A stretch of 64,000 bases of DNA from Candidatus Krumholzibacteriota bacterium. GTDB lineage: Bacteria; Krumholzibacteriota; Krumholzibacteriia; JAJRXK01. The DNA lies in NCBI GenBank assembly GCA_963806035.1, contig CAWDWO010000024.1, forward strand, positions 1 through 64,000. The letters are read 5' to 3'. Both the position numbers and the translations under genes were made by a program. Numbering within the stretch: position 1 is the first letter of the stretch; every line of letters starts with the position of its first letter. Under the pieces are notes generated by a model, which saw only the letters and a list, made by a program, of their open reading frames with translations, had not been told where the DNA came from and ran no database searches. Shown in pieces: positions 22,173 to 31,700 of this stretch.

Positions 22173-22979
22173 TCAGCCGCGCTGGCGCACCGCTTCGAAG
22201 AGCAGAATGGCGGCCGAGACGTTCACGTTGAGCGAATCGGCCTTCCCTCGCATGGGAATGGAGAGGGCGGTCAGGCCGGCGCCGGACCAGGAGTCTTGCA
22301 GCCCGGAGTGCTCCGAGCCCACCACGATCGCGCAGGGTTCAGCGAACCCTCCTTGCCAGTAGGGCCGCGAGGACTCGGGCCGCGCGGTATAGACCTGAAG
22401 GCCATGCTCGCGCAGGAAGCGTTCCGCCTCGGCGGAGCTCGATTCGGCCACGGGAAGGGTGAAGAGAGTGCCCATGCTGGCGCGGATCGTGTTGGGATTG
22501 GTGGCGTCGGTCACGCCGTCGCAGAGGAGGACTGCGTCCACGCCCGCCGCATCGGCGGTGCGCAAGAGAGCCCCCAGGTTCCCCGGCTTCTCGATTCCCT
22601 GAACCACCAGCACCAGAGGGAGCTCAGGAAGCGTGAGTTCGCGCAGGGCGAGCGGCTGCCACGCGATGAGCGCGCACAGACCCTCGCGCCGGTCCCCGAA
22701 GGCGATGTGCTCGCTGAGCTGCGCGCTCAGCGCCTGCAGGGGGACATCGGCCTCGCGACAGCGGCGCAGCGCCTCGCGGCCTTCCTCTGAACGGACGAGC
22801 TCTTCGCAGACGTAGAGAACCCTTGGCAGCACTGCGCCGTCCAGGGCGCGCAGCAACTCGCGCGCTCCGTCGATGCGGGTGAGACCGGTCTGCTTGCGCG
22901 TTCGGCGATCGAGAAGTTTGACCAGCTCCTTGATGCGCGGATTCTGGGCGCTGGTAATGATCTCGGGTCGAAGGCTCAT
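22173..22979 (-). CDS. TrmH/SpoU family RNA methyltransferase
   Basis: ITSAQNPRIK, EKPGNLGALLRTADAAG, GSEHSGL and IPMRGKADSLNV motifs. Confidence 0.93.
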   Translation of the reverse strand: MSLRPEIITSAQNPRIKELVKLLDRRTRKQTGLTRIDGARELLRALDGAVLPRVLYVCEELVRSEEGREALRRCREADVPLQALSAQLSEHIAFGDRREGLCALIAWQPLALRELTLPELPLVLVVQGIEKPGNLGALLRTADAAGVDAVLLCDGVTDATNPNTIRASMGTLFTLPVAESSSAEAERFLREHGLQVYTARPESSRPYWQGGFAEPCAIVVGSEHSGLQDSWSGAGLTALSIPMRGKADSLNVNVSAAILLFEAVRQRG

Positions 22980-23908
22980 GCGGGTTCCCTCAGGCTGGGG
23001 GCCTTCGGCAGCGCGCCGCTGCGCGACCAGATTGCCCAGGTTCCGCTGGGGAGTTGGCGGCCACCCTCCGTCTCGCGGATGGTCATGCTGCCACAGGCGA
23101 GGTGTCCTCGCTCGAGGGAGGGCGCGCGAGCTGCCGCGACGAAGGAGGCCTCCAGGAGATTTTGCAGGCTCAGAGGATCGACCCCGGGGGTGTGCGCGCT
23201 GACCAAGAGAAAGCGTGGAGTTTCACTGAGGAGCCGGACCAGCTGGGTGAGGTGGGCCTGGAGATCGCGTTCGAGCTTCCAGACCTGGCCCTTGGGCCCA
23301 CGCCCGAAACTGGGGGGATCCAGAATGATGCCCTCGTACTCTCGCTTGCGGCGCAGCTCGCGCGCCACGAAACGACCCGCGTCGTCGATGATCCAGCGGA
23401 TGCGGCCACCGCTGGCCGAAGCCGTCTCTCTGTCGGCATAACCGTTCGCAGCGGCATTCTGACTGGCCCACTGCACGATGCCCTTGCTCCCGTCGCAGTG
23501 AGTCACCAGCGCACCGCCCTGGGCGGCGGCGATGGATGCGCCGCCGGTATAGGCGAAGAGGTTCAGGACGCGGGGCCCGGGCTCGCCCGACCCGCACTCG
23601 GCTCGCAGGTAGTCCCAGAAGGGGAACTGCTCGGGAAAGACGCCGATGTGACCAAAGCCAGTGGCCGAAAGCCGCAGACGCAGGCCCGCGCAGTCGATCC
23701 ACCACTCCTGCGGCAGGGGAGCGCTCTCCTGCCACTCGCCGCCCCCTTCGCTGGAACGCAGGTAGCAGGCGCGGGCGCTTTGCCAGGCCTGGGGGTCGCG
23801 ACGCGCCCACAGACACTGCGGAGCCGGGCGCTGCAGAACGATCTCGCCGAAGCGTTCCAGTTTGGCTCCGTCGCCGCTGTCCAGAAGAGAGTAGTCCTGC
23901 GAGTCCAC
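22976..23908 (-). CDS. Class I SAM-dependent methyltransferase (RlmI/RlmK-related)
   Basis: DYSLLDSGDGAKLERFG, FGHIGVFPEQ, VLNLFAYTG and ILDPPSFGRGP motifs; GTG start just after the lgt stop. Confidence 0.88.
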   Translation of the reverse strand: MDSQDYSLLDSGDGAKLERFGEIVLQRPAPQCLWARRDPQAWQSARACYLRSSEGGGEWQESAPLPQEWWIDCAGLRLRLSATGFGHIGVFPEQFPFWDYLRAECGSGEPGPRVLNLFAYTGGASIAAAQGGALVTHCDGSKGIVQWASQNAAANGYADRETASASGGRIRWIIDDAGRFVARELRRKREYEGIILDPPSFGRGPKGQVWKLERDLQAHLTQLVRLLSETPRFLLVSAHTPGVDPLSLQNLLEASFVAAARAPSLERGHLACGSMTIRETEGGRQLPSGTWAIWSRSGALPKAPSLREPA

Positions 23909-23910
23909 GA

Positions 23911-24675
23911 CTAGTGGGCCGCGCGGGCCGGCTTGGGCCGCCGCCAGAGATAGAGGATCGCTCCCAGGACCATGGCACCCAAACTGGTCCACTGGGCGAC
24001 GGTGAGATTGAGCGCGACCGGCGGGTTGAGGCGCAAGAACTCGATCCAGAAGCGTTCGATGCCGGCCAGGATGAGATAGATGCCGAAGAGCTGGCCGTTT
24101 CCCCTCAGCCGCGTGCGCAGTTTCCACAGGATCCAGAAGACCAGCAGCATGGCGATGGTCTCGTAGATGGGGGTGGGATGGCAGAGCACTCCCGGGGGGC
24201 TGGGGACGATTCCCTTGGCGTAGGAATAGCCCCAGGGCAGGGTGGTGGGCTTGCCGTAGTCGCCGTCGCCGGAGAGATGGCAGCCGATGCGCCCCACCGC
24301 GTAGGCCACCGCGAGTCCGGGAGCGAAGGCGTCGCACATCGCCCAGAGATTCTGACCCTTGTGTTTGGCCCAGCCCAGAGTGGCGATGACGCCGCCCAGC
24401 GCGCCCCCGTACCAGGTGAGGCCGGAGCCCGAGATCAGCGCGTGCAGGGGGTCGCGCAGCAACTCCCGGTAGTGGGCGATGAGGTAGTAGACCCGCGCTC
24501 CCAGGATCCCTCCCAGGAGGGCCAGGAGGGGGTAGGTATCCATGTTGTCGGGCTTCAGTTGCTTGCGGCGCAGTTCTTTGACGGTGACCCATGCGCCGCT
24601 CAGGAACGCCAGCACCACCATGAGCCCGAAACTGTACAGCTTGAGGGGACCGATTTGAAAGAGCACCGGGTACAT
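23911..24675 (-). CDS. lgt: Prolipoprotein diacylglyceryl transferase
   Basis: MYPVLFQIGP, GARVYY, GLTWYGG, GRIGC, HPTPIYE and RFWIEFLR motifs. Confidence 0.92.
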   Translation of the reverse strand: MYPVLFQIGPLKLYSFGLMVVLAFLSGAWVTVKELRRKQLKPDNMDTYPLLALLGGILGARVYYLIAHYRELLRDPLHALISGSGLTWYGGALGGVIATLGWAKHKGQNLWAMCDAFAPGLAVAYAVGRIGCHLSGDGDYGKPTTLPWGYSYAKGIVPSPPGVLCHPTPIYETIAMLLVFWILWKLRTRLRGNGQLFGIYLILAGIERFWIEFLRLNPPVALNLTVAQWTSLGAMVLGAILYLWRRPKPARAAH

Positions 24676-24688
24676 GGAGGACTCGCTC

Positions 24689-25990
24689 CTAGAGCAGCTC
24701 CGCCGCAAGGCTGGCCAATTCGCTGCGCTCGCTGGTGGTGAGGGTGATGTGTCCGAAGAGGGCCTGGTCCTTGAAACGCTCGACCAGGGTCGTCAGGCCG
24801 TTCGAGCTGGCGTCGAGGTAGGGGTTGTCGATCTGGTAGGGATCGCCGGTGAGTACGACCTTGGTGTCGTGTCCGGCCCGGCTCACGATGGTCTTCACCT
24901 CGTGTGGGGAAAGATTCTGCGCCTCGTCCACGATGATGAAGAGCTTGGGCAGAGACCGGCCGCGGATGTAGGTGACCGCCTCGACCTCGATCCACTCCTT
25001 CTCGAAGAGGTAGTCGATCTTGCCCTCGGTTCCCTCCAGCATGGGGTCCACCAGAAACTTCAAGTTGTCGAAGATCGGTTCCATCCAGCTCTCGAGCTTC
25101 TCTTCTTTGCTGCCCGGCAGGTAGCCGATGTCCTTGCCGAGGGGCATGATGGGGCGGCTCACCAAGATGCGCCGGTAGACTTGCTGCTCGGCGACCTGCT
25201 CCAGTCCGGCCGCCAGGGCGAGCAGGGTCTTCCCCGTGCCCGCCTTGCCGATGAGGGTGACCAGCTTGATCTGCGGGTCCATCAAGAGCTCGATCGCGAA
25301 GTGCTGCTGCAGATTCAAGGCACGCAATTTCCAGGGGGCCCGATTCTCGTAGAGCAGCGGCACCAGTCTCTTTTCGGCCCAATCGTGGCGCGCGAGCGCG
25401 GTGTGTTTGGGGTTGCCGCTGTCCTGCAAGAGGGCCAGCTCGTTGGGGAGCATGTCCTGGGGTGAGGCGAGAGCGGTGCCGCGATAGAAATCGTCGATTT
25501 GCTGCGCGGACAGAGAGATCGTGCGATATCCGTCCCAGAGCTCGTCGAACTCGACGCGCTCGCGGTCGTAGTCCTCGGTGGAAAGCCCCAGGGCGTCGCT
25601 CTTGAGACGAGCGTTGATGTCCTTGGAGACGAAGACCACGTCCCGGCTTTCCTCGTCGCGCAGGCGCAGCGCGGTGGCCAGGATGCGGTTGTCCGGAATC
25701 GCGCGGTCCATGGCGGGGGGCAGGTTATCGCCCGTCTCGCCGAAGCGGACCATGAGGGTCCCGCCACTATCCAGAGGGACTCCGCTGTTCAGGTTGCCCC
25801 GTTTGCGCAGGAGGTCCAGCCGGCGCGCCACGTAGCGCGCCACCCGGCCCAATTCGTCGCGGTGGGTCTTGAAATGATCGAGTTCCTCCAGGACGTCCAG
25901 GGCGATCACGACATCGTTCGCGCCGAAGGACTCCAGGGCTTGCTCGTCGTGGAGAAGAACGTTGGTGTCGAGCACGTAAGTCTTGGGCAT
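24689..25990 (-). CDS. PIN-domain PhoH-family protein (PhoH2-type RNase/ATPase)
   Basis: YVLDTNVLLHD PIN start; Walker A GKAGTGKT; IGYLPG, RGRS and DEAQN motifs. Confidence 0.93.
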   Translation of the reverse strand: MPKTYVLDTNVLLHDEQALESFGANDVVIALDVLEELDHFKTHRDELGRVARYVARRLDLLRKRGNLNSGVPLDSGGTLMVRFGETGDNLPPAMDRAIPDNRILATALRLRDEESRDVVFVSKDINARLKSDALGLSTEDYDRERVEFDELWDGYRTISLSAQQIDDFYRGTALASPQDMLPNELALLQDSGNPKHTALARHDWAEKRLVPLLYENRAPWKLRALNLQQHFAIELLMDPQIKLVTLIGKAGTGKTLLALAAGLEQVAEQQVYRRILVSRPIMPLGKDIGYLPGSKEEKLESWMEPIFDNLKFLVDPMLEGTEGKIDYLFEKEWIEVEAVTYIRGRSLPKLFIIVDEAQNLSPHEVKTIVSRAGHDTKVVLTGDPYQIDNPYLDASSNGLTTLVERFKDQALFGHITLTTSERSELASLAAELL

Positions 25991-26326
25991 GGTGTCTCTT
26001 GGAGCTCAGTAGTGGGGCTGTGCCTGAGCGGCATGAGCTGAAGCTAAGTCGAGGAGGGATGGGGCACAAGGGGAATGTGCGCACCGCGGCGCGGCATTCT
26101 CAGGCAGATTCGGGCTTCGTAAGATGCTAGTAAAAGTCTGCACAGGTGTGGTTATATATTGTTCACGCTGGCAAAAAATGGAAGTTTTTCCACAAAGTGT
26201 AACTCTGAGATTGCAGATTCTGCACGAGTATTGCTACACTCACTGAATCATGGGTCGTGGAGCCAGCGTGACTCCCCGGCCCGGTTCGAAAATGAACCCG
26301 CCTTTCCCACTCCCTAGGAGCCCGGC

Positions 26327-27649
26327 ATGACGAAGCGAGAGATCCACGCCCTACTCAAGAAGCACGATGTCCGATTCATGCGTCTCATGTTCACGGACAT
26401 CATGGGTTCCATCAAAAACGTCGAGGTGCCGCGTAGCCAGTTCGACAAGGCGGTCGATGGCGAGATCTGCTTCGACGGTTCCTCGATCCAGGGTTTCAGC
26501 CGCATCGAGGAGAGCGACATGCTGCTCAAGCCCGACTTTTCATCCTTCGTGCTCTTTCCCTGGAGCGACGAACGCGGGAAACGCGCGGGGATGATCTGCG
26601 ACGTCTACAATCCGGACGAGACTCCGTTTAACGGCTGCCCGCGCCTGGCCCTGAAGCGCAACGTCGCCCTGGCGCAGAAGCAGGGCTACGAGATGATGTG
26701 TGGGCCCGAACTCGAGTTCTTCCTCTTCGAGCGCAACGACGACGGCAAACCCAGCATCACCACTCACGATAGCGGTGGCTACTTCGATCTGGCCCCGGTG
26801 GACCGCGGTGAAGGCGCGCGCCGCGACATCGTGAACGCCCTGGAGAGCATGGGGATCGAGGTGGAGGCGGCGCACCACGAAGTGGCGCCGGGGCAGCACG
26901 AGATCGACTTCAAATACGCGGACGCGGTGAGCACGGCCGACCGCGCCATGCTCTTCCGCTTGGTGGTGAAGAAAGTCGCGAACGACCACGATCTGCACGC
27001 CACCTTCATGCCCAAGCCCATCTACGGACACAACGGCAACGGAATGCACGTCCATCAGAGCCTGTTCAAGGGCGGAAAGAACTCTTTCTTCGGCGCCCGT
27101 AAGGAGTACCAGCTGAGTGACGTGGCTCTCAACTACATCGGAGGGCTGCTGCGTCACGCGCGCGCGATCTGTTCGATCACCAATCCCTTGGTGAACTCCT
27201 ACAAGCGCCTGGTGCCGGGCTACGAAGCGCCGGTGAACGTGGCGTGGTCCGAGCGCAACCGCTCGCCCCTGTGTCGGGTACCGGCCCGGCGCGGCGTGGG
27301 GACGCGGGTGGAGCTGAGGATGCCCGATCCCAGCTGTAATCCCTATCTGGCCTTCGCGGTGATGCTGGCCGCGGGCCTGGACGGACTGGCCAACAAGATC
27401 GATCCGGGCGAGCCGGTGAATCGCAACATCTTCACCATGAGCCAGCGGGAGAAGCGGCGTCTCAAGATCGACCAACTTCCGGCCGATCTGCACGAGGCGC
27501 TCGGCTTCTTGCGGAAGGACAAAGAGGTCCGCGAGGCCCTCGGCGAGCACATCTTCGAGCAGTATTTGAGCGCCAAGGAAGAGGAGTGGCACGATTTCAT
27601 CAGCCACGTCCATGGTTGGGAGCACGAGCGCTACCTGGCCACTTTCTAG
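26327..27649 (+). CDS. glnA: Type I glutamine synthetase
   Basis: FDGSSI, HHEVAPGQHEIDF, ATFMPKP, NSYKRLVPGYEAP and ELRMPDPSCNPYL motifs; AGGAG RBS. Confidence 0.97.
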   Translation: MTKREIHALLKKHDVRFMRLMFTDIMGSIKNVEVPRSQFDKAVDGEICFDGSSIQGFSRIEESDMLLKPDFSSFVLFPWSDERGKRAGMICDVYNPDETPFNGCPRLALKRNVALAQKQGYEMMCGPELEFFLFERNDDGKPSITTHDSGGYFDLAPVDRGEGARRDIVNALESMGIEVEAAHHEVAPGQHEIDFKYADAVSTADRAMLFRLVVKKVANDHDLHATFMPKPIYGHNGNGMHVHQSLFKGGKNSFFGARKEYQLSDVALNYIGGLLRHARAICSITNPLVNSYKRLVPGYEAPVNVAWSERNRSPLCRVPARRGVGTRVELRMPDPSCNPYLAFAVMLAAGLDGLANKIDPGEPVNRNIFTMSQREKRRLKIDQLPADLHEALGFLRKDKEVREALGEHIFEQYLSAKEEEWHDFISHVHGWEHERYLATF

Positions 27650-27705
27650 GGGAGTCGACCAAAGGCCCCGATACCGGGGCGGACCAACGGCGCCTGGGAC
27701 TGGAC

Positions 27706-27748
27706 GCAAAGGCGGGGCATGGGTATGGTAATCCCGTCCCCGCTTTGC
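27706..27748. other. Stem-loop in the glnA-phzF intergenic region (possible terminator or processing hairpin)
   Basis: GCAAAGGCGGGGCATGGG...CCCGTCCCCGCTTTGC imperfect inverted repeat; smaller GCCCCG-ATAC-CGGGGC hairpin at 27665-27680. Confidence 0.5.
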
Positions 27749-27767
27749 TCTTGTCAGGGAGCCGTGC

Positions 27768-28688
27768 ATGGCCATGCGATACATCTTGGTGGACGTCTTC
27801 ACCGAGAAGCCCTTTGGCGGAAACCAACTGGCTGTTTTTCCCGATGCCGAGGGTATCGCCGCGGGGCAGATGCAGAAGATTGCGCGCGAATTGAACTTCC
27901 CCGAGACCACATTCGTACTGCCCCCTGAGCACGCGGGCTCGGACCACAGTTTGCGCATTTTCACACCCGAGGCGGAGATTCCCTTCGCGGGGCATCCCAT
28001 CGTGGGGGCCATTTTCGCGCTCGAAGCCGAGGGTCGGCTCGAGGGTGGACGGGACGAGGTGGTGCTCGAACTCGAGTCCGGACCGGTCCCAGTTCGGCTG
28101 GTGCGTGAGGGGAGCGAGGGCGTACTGCGCAAAGCAGTGATGACCCAGCAGCGCCCCGTGTTTCTGGGCCAATACCACCGGCAGGAGTGTGTGGCCGAAG
28201 CGCTGGGACTCCGCGCGGCGGACCTTGCCATCACCGGCCTTCCCTGCGAGGTCGTGAGCACCGGGCTGCCGGTTCACATCGTGCCGGTGGGCAGTCTGGA
28301 TGCGGTACGGCACATCAGCCTGCACCCGGAGAAGCTGGCCGAGATCCAGAAATCGCTCGGTTTCAGCGACCTCTTCGTCTTCACCTTCGAGACGGAGAGC
28401 GAAGAGTCGACAGTGCACTGCCGGATGTTCGCGCCCTCTTTCGGAATCCCCGAGGATCCCGCCAGCGGTAGCGCCAGCGGAAGTCTGGGGGCCTACCTCG
28501 TGAAGCACCGGGCGGTTCACGTCACTCCCACCACGAGAATCGTCACCGAGCAGGGGATCGAGATCCACCGTCCCGGGCACGTGCTGGTGGAAGTGGACAC
28601 CCGCAGTGGGCTGATCGAATCGGTACGGGTGGGTGGCCCGGCCGTAGTGGTGGGAGAGGGCCAACTCTACGCTTCGGCTTTTTCCTGA
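27768..28688 (+). CDS. PhzF-family isomerase/epimerase
   Basis: VDVFTEKPFGGNQLAV, MQKIARELNFPETTF, RIFTP..EIPFAGHP, EDPASGSA and EQG motifs. Confidence 0.92.
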   Translation: MAMRYILVDVFTEKPFGGNQLAVFPDAEGIAAGQMQKIARELNFPETTFVLPPEHAGSDHSLRIFTPEAEIPFAGHPIVGAIFALEAEGRLEGGRDEVVLELESGPVPVRLVREGSEGVLRKAVMTQQRPVFLGQYHRQECVAEALGLRAADLAITGLPCEVVSTGLPVHIVPVGSLDAVRHISLHPEKLAEIQKSLGFSDLFVFTFETESEESTVHCRMFAPSFGIPEDPASGSASGSLGAYLVKHRAVHVTPTTRIVTEQGIEIHRPGHVLVEVDTRSGLIESVRVGGPAVVVGEGQLYASAFS

Positions 28689-28752
28689 ACCGAAGAGTCC
28701 GCGAAGTCCGAAGCAGCGGTGGATTGAGGTCCACCTGAAAGGAGTGCGCGGC

Positions 28753-30111
28753 ATGTCTCCAGCTTCCAACATATCTCCATGGTCCCTTCGCTCCCTCCGA
28801 CACCCGGGCGCGGGCGTTCTCGCTCTCATCCTCGCACTGTGCTCGTGTCTCTGGTTCGGCGGAACTCGCGCCGACTCGGTGGCGCGCACGGTCGATCTAT
28901 TGCCCTACGATGGCGCCATCACTCCCATCGCCTCGGAGTATCTGGTCGAGGGGATTCACCGGGCGGAGTTCGCCGGCGCCGAAGCTGTCGTCATTCAACT
29001 GGACACACCGGGCGGGCTGGATAGCTCGATGCGCCAGATCGTGAAAGCCGAGCTGGCGGCCAAGATTCCCGTGGTGGTCTACGTGGCGCCCTCGGGCAGT
29101 CGCGCGGCCAGCGCGGGCGTCTTCATCACCATGGCGGCAAACGTGGCCGCGATGGCTCCCGGCACCAACATCGGTTCGGCCAGCCCGGTGAACCTGGGTG
29201 GTGGGGGCATGGACAGCACCATGAGCAAGAAGGTCACTCACGACGCGGTGGCCTACCTGGTCTCCATTGCCGCGCAGAGGGGACGCAATCAGGATCTTGC
29301 GAAGCGCTTCGTGGAGACTGCGGACAACCTGCCGGCCAAAGAGGCCCTTCAGGAAAACGTGATCGACTTCATGGCGAGTTCGCTGGATGAGCTCCTGGAG
29401 AAAATGGACGGCAAGGTCGTGACGATCCAGGGGGTGGACGATACTCTGCACACCGCGGGCGCGGAGGTGCGGGAACTGCCCATGAGCGGCCGCCAACGTT
29501 TTCTCCGGGCGCTGGTTGATCCGAGCGTGGCCTACATTCTCATGCTGCTGGGGATCTACGGACTCTTTTTCGAGTTGAGCAATCCGGGGAGTCTCGCGCC
29601 GGGAATTCTCGGCGGCATCTGTCTCTTGTTGGCACTGTTCGCGTTCCAGAATCTGCCCATCAACTACGCGGGGATCGCCTTACTGCTCTTGGGCATGGTT
29701 CTTCTCATATTGGAAGTGAAGGTCACGAGCTACGGCGCGTTGACCATTGGAGGTCTGGCTTCCATGGTGTTGGGATCGCTAATGCTCTTCGATTCGCAGC
29801 AGTCGTGGGCCCGCGTGAGTCTCAAGGTGATGATTCCCGCCCTGACCGTCTTCGCTGGTTTCTTCATGCTCTGCGTGGCACTGGTGGTGCGCAGCCACCG
29901 CCGTCCCGCGGTTCAGAGTAAAGAGGCGCTGGTTGGGGAGAGGGGGCGGGTGGTCGATGCGATTCCCGGTGGCAGCGCGCCGGGGAAAGTGGTGTTTCAC
30001 GGAGAGATCTGGGACGCGATCTGCGAGGTTGCCGTAGCCGAGCAGGGCCAGGTCGAAGTGGTGGGAATCGAGGGCCGCGTGGCGCGCGTCAAGCCGGCGG
30101 CGAGGATCTGA
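28753..30111 (+). CDS. NfeD-family membrane-bound serine protease (ClpP-class, long form)
   Basis: LDTPGGL, RAASAG and AMAPGTNIG motifs; TM domain; C-terminal OB fold (GEIWDA); upstream of a slipin gene. Confidence 0.92.
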   Translation: MSPASNISPWSLRSLRHPGAGVLALILALCSCLWFGGTRADSVARTVDLLPYDGAITPIASEYLVEGIHRAEFAGAEAVVIQLDTPGGLDSSMRQIVKAELAAKIPVVVYVAPSGSRAASAGVFITMAANVAAMAPGTNIGSASPVNLGGGGMDSTMSKKVTHDAVAYLVSIAAQRGRNQDLAKRFVETADNLPAKEALQENVIDFMASSLDELLEKMDGKVVTIQGVDDTLHTAGAEVRELPMSGRQRFLRALVDPSVAYILMLLGIYGLFFELSNPGSLAPGILGGICLLLALFAFQNLPINYAGIALLLLGMVLLILEVKVTSYGALTIGGLASMVLGSLMLFDSQQSWARVSLKVMIPALTVFAGFFMLCVALVVRSHRRPAVQSKEALVGERGRVVDAIPGGSAPGKVVFHGEIWDAICEVAVAEQGQVEVVGIEGRVARVKPAARI

Positions 30112-30186
30112 GCCGGCGAGGACCCTTGCGCGGCCGGACCACAGTTCCGCATTCTGAAGGGGATGCGGCTTTCCAGGAGGAATCAA

Positions 30187-30948
30187 ATGCCGTTCGCCTA
30201 TTCCGGTGGAATCTTCATCCTTCTCGCTCTTTTCGTGCTGGGCAACTCGATTCGCGTGTTGCGCGAGTACGAGCGGGCCGTGGTGTTCCGCCTGGGACGC
30301 TACACGGGCACGCGGGGACCCGGACTCATCATTCTCGTTCCCTTCATCGAGCGCATGGTCAAGACCAGCTTGCGCACCGTGGCCATGGACGTGCCGCCCC
30401 AGGACGTCATCACCCTGGACAACGTCTCGGTGAAAGTGAACGCGGTTCTCTACTTCCGGATCATCGAACCCTTTCAGGCCGTGATCGAGGTTGAGGACTA
30501 TCTCTTCGCCACCAGCCAACTCGCCCAGACCACAGTGCGATCGGTGGTGGGCCAGTATGAGCTCGACCATCTGCTCTCCGAGCGCGACAAGCTCAATGCG
30601 ATGATCCAGACCATCCTGGACGAGGCGACCGATCCCTGGGGCATCAAGGTCAGCATGGTGGAGGTCAAGGACGTCGACCTGCCGGTGGAGATGAAGCGCG
30701 CGATGGCCAAGCAGGCCGAAGCGGAACGCGAGCGGCGGGCCAAGGTCATCCACGCCCAGGGGGAGTTCGAAGCCAGCCAGCGTCTGGCCGAGGCGGCAAT
30801 CAAGATCGAGCCGCATCCGGTGGCTCTGCAGCTGCGCTATCTGCAGGCGCTGACCGAAGTGGCGGCGGAGAACAACAGCACGACTCTGTTCCCTTTGCCC
30901 ATCGATCTGCTGGAGGCGTTCAGGAAGAGAAGCTCGGCTGAGTCCTGA
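30187..30948 (+). CDS. SPFH-domain (slipin/stomatin-like) protein
   Basis: [27 protein letters not shown] and [16 protein letters not shown] motifs; AGGAGG RBS. Confidence 0.94.
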   Translation: MPFAYSGGIFILLALFVLGNSIRVLREYERAVVFRLGRYTGTRGPGLIILVPFIERMVKTSLRTVAMDVPPQDVITLDNVSVKVNAVLYFRIIEPFQAVIEVEDYLFATSQLAQTTVRSVVGQYELDHLLSERDKLNAMIQTILDEATDPWGIKVSMVEVKDVDLPVEMKRAMAKQAEAERERRAKVIHAQGEFEASQRLAEAAIKIEPHPVALQLRYLQALTEVAAENNSTTLFPLPIDLLEAFRKRSSAES

Positions 30949-30983
30949 TCAAAGGCTCCTTTCGTGAGCCGTGGAGGTGGTTC

Positions 30984-31670
30984 GTGAATTGGAAGGCGAC
31001 GATATGGATGGCTCTGAGCATGGTGTCTCTCCTGGTCCTGCCGGGACGCGCGCGCGCGGAAAAGCTGCCTTTCGGCATCACCGTCTTCGGCGGAGCATCG
31101 GCCGGCGGCGGCATCTACAGCGCGACCAACACCCAGGACGGCTTCCTCTGGGTTTCCCCCGACGGCGCACAATTCGGGGGCGAAAGGCTCAAGGCCACCC
31201 TGAACGAGAACGTCTTCTTCGGTCTGCGCTTCGGGGCCGGGATCGTCGACCGGCTGAGTTGGAACCTCTCGGTCGCGCGCACCAAGATGAACGTGAGCGC
31301 GGATGTCCTGACGGCCGCGCGCAATTCCGATTCCTACAACTGGGACACCGCGCATGGGACCTTCTTCGAGGCCGCGCTGGTTTGGGATTGGATCAAGCAG
31401 AAGAACACACCCTACTTTCTGGCGGGAATCGGAAGCTCGAAGCTGAGTTTTGAGGAGCGAAAAGACAACGGGGACAATCTGAAGCAGAGCGGGCTCAGTT
31501 ACGTGCTGGGCGGCGGCTATCGCTGGGAGTTCGTGCGTTTCGAAGTGCGCGACCACCTGCTTCCGACCGATTTTTCCGACGAGGGAAAGAGACTTCAGGC
31601 CGAGACATTCGATGGGAAGGACCTTCTGCAAATCTGGGAGATCAGCGTCGGGCTCGTCATGGAGTTCTAG
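30984..31670 (+). CDS. Outer-membrane beta-barrel protein
   Basis: Signal peptide ending ARA; amphipathic beta-strands; PYFLAGIG; C-terminal Phe. Confidence 0.7.
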   Translation: MNWKATIWMALSMVSLLVLPGRARAEKLPFGITVFGGASAGGGIYSATNTQDGFLWVSPDGAQFGGERLKATLNENVFFGLRFGAGIVDRLSWNLSVARTKMNVSADVLTAARNSDSYNWDTAHGTFFEAALVWDWIKQKNTPYFLAGIGSSKLSFEERKDNGDNLKQSGLSYVLGGGYRWEFVRFEVRDHLLPTDFSDEGKRLQAETFDGKDLLQIWEISVGLVMEF

Positions 31671-31700
31671 CGCGCGGTTTGATTTGTTTTCGTCGCGCGG

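Noticed and set aside
22976..24592. 538-aa extended methyltransferase ORF
   Set aside because: The upstream part overlaps lgt in another frame; family similarity starts only at ~23908
26220..26235. Canonical sigma54 promoter for glnA
   Set aside because: The -24 position reads TG, not the near-invariant GG
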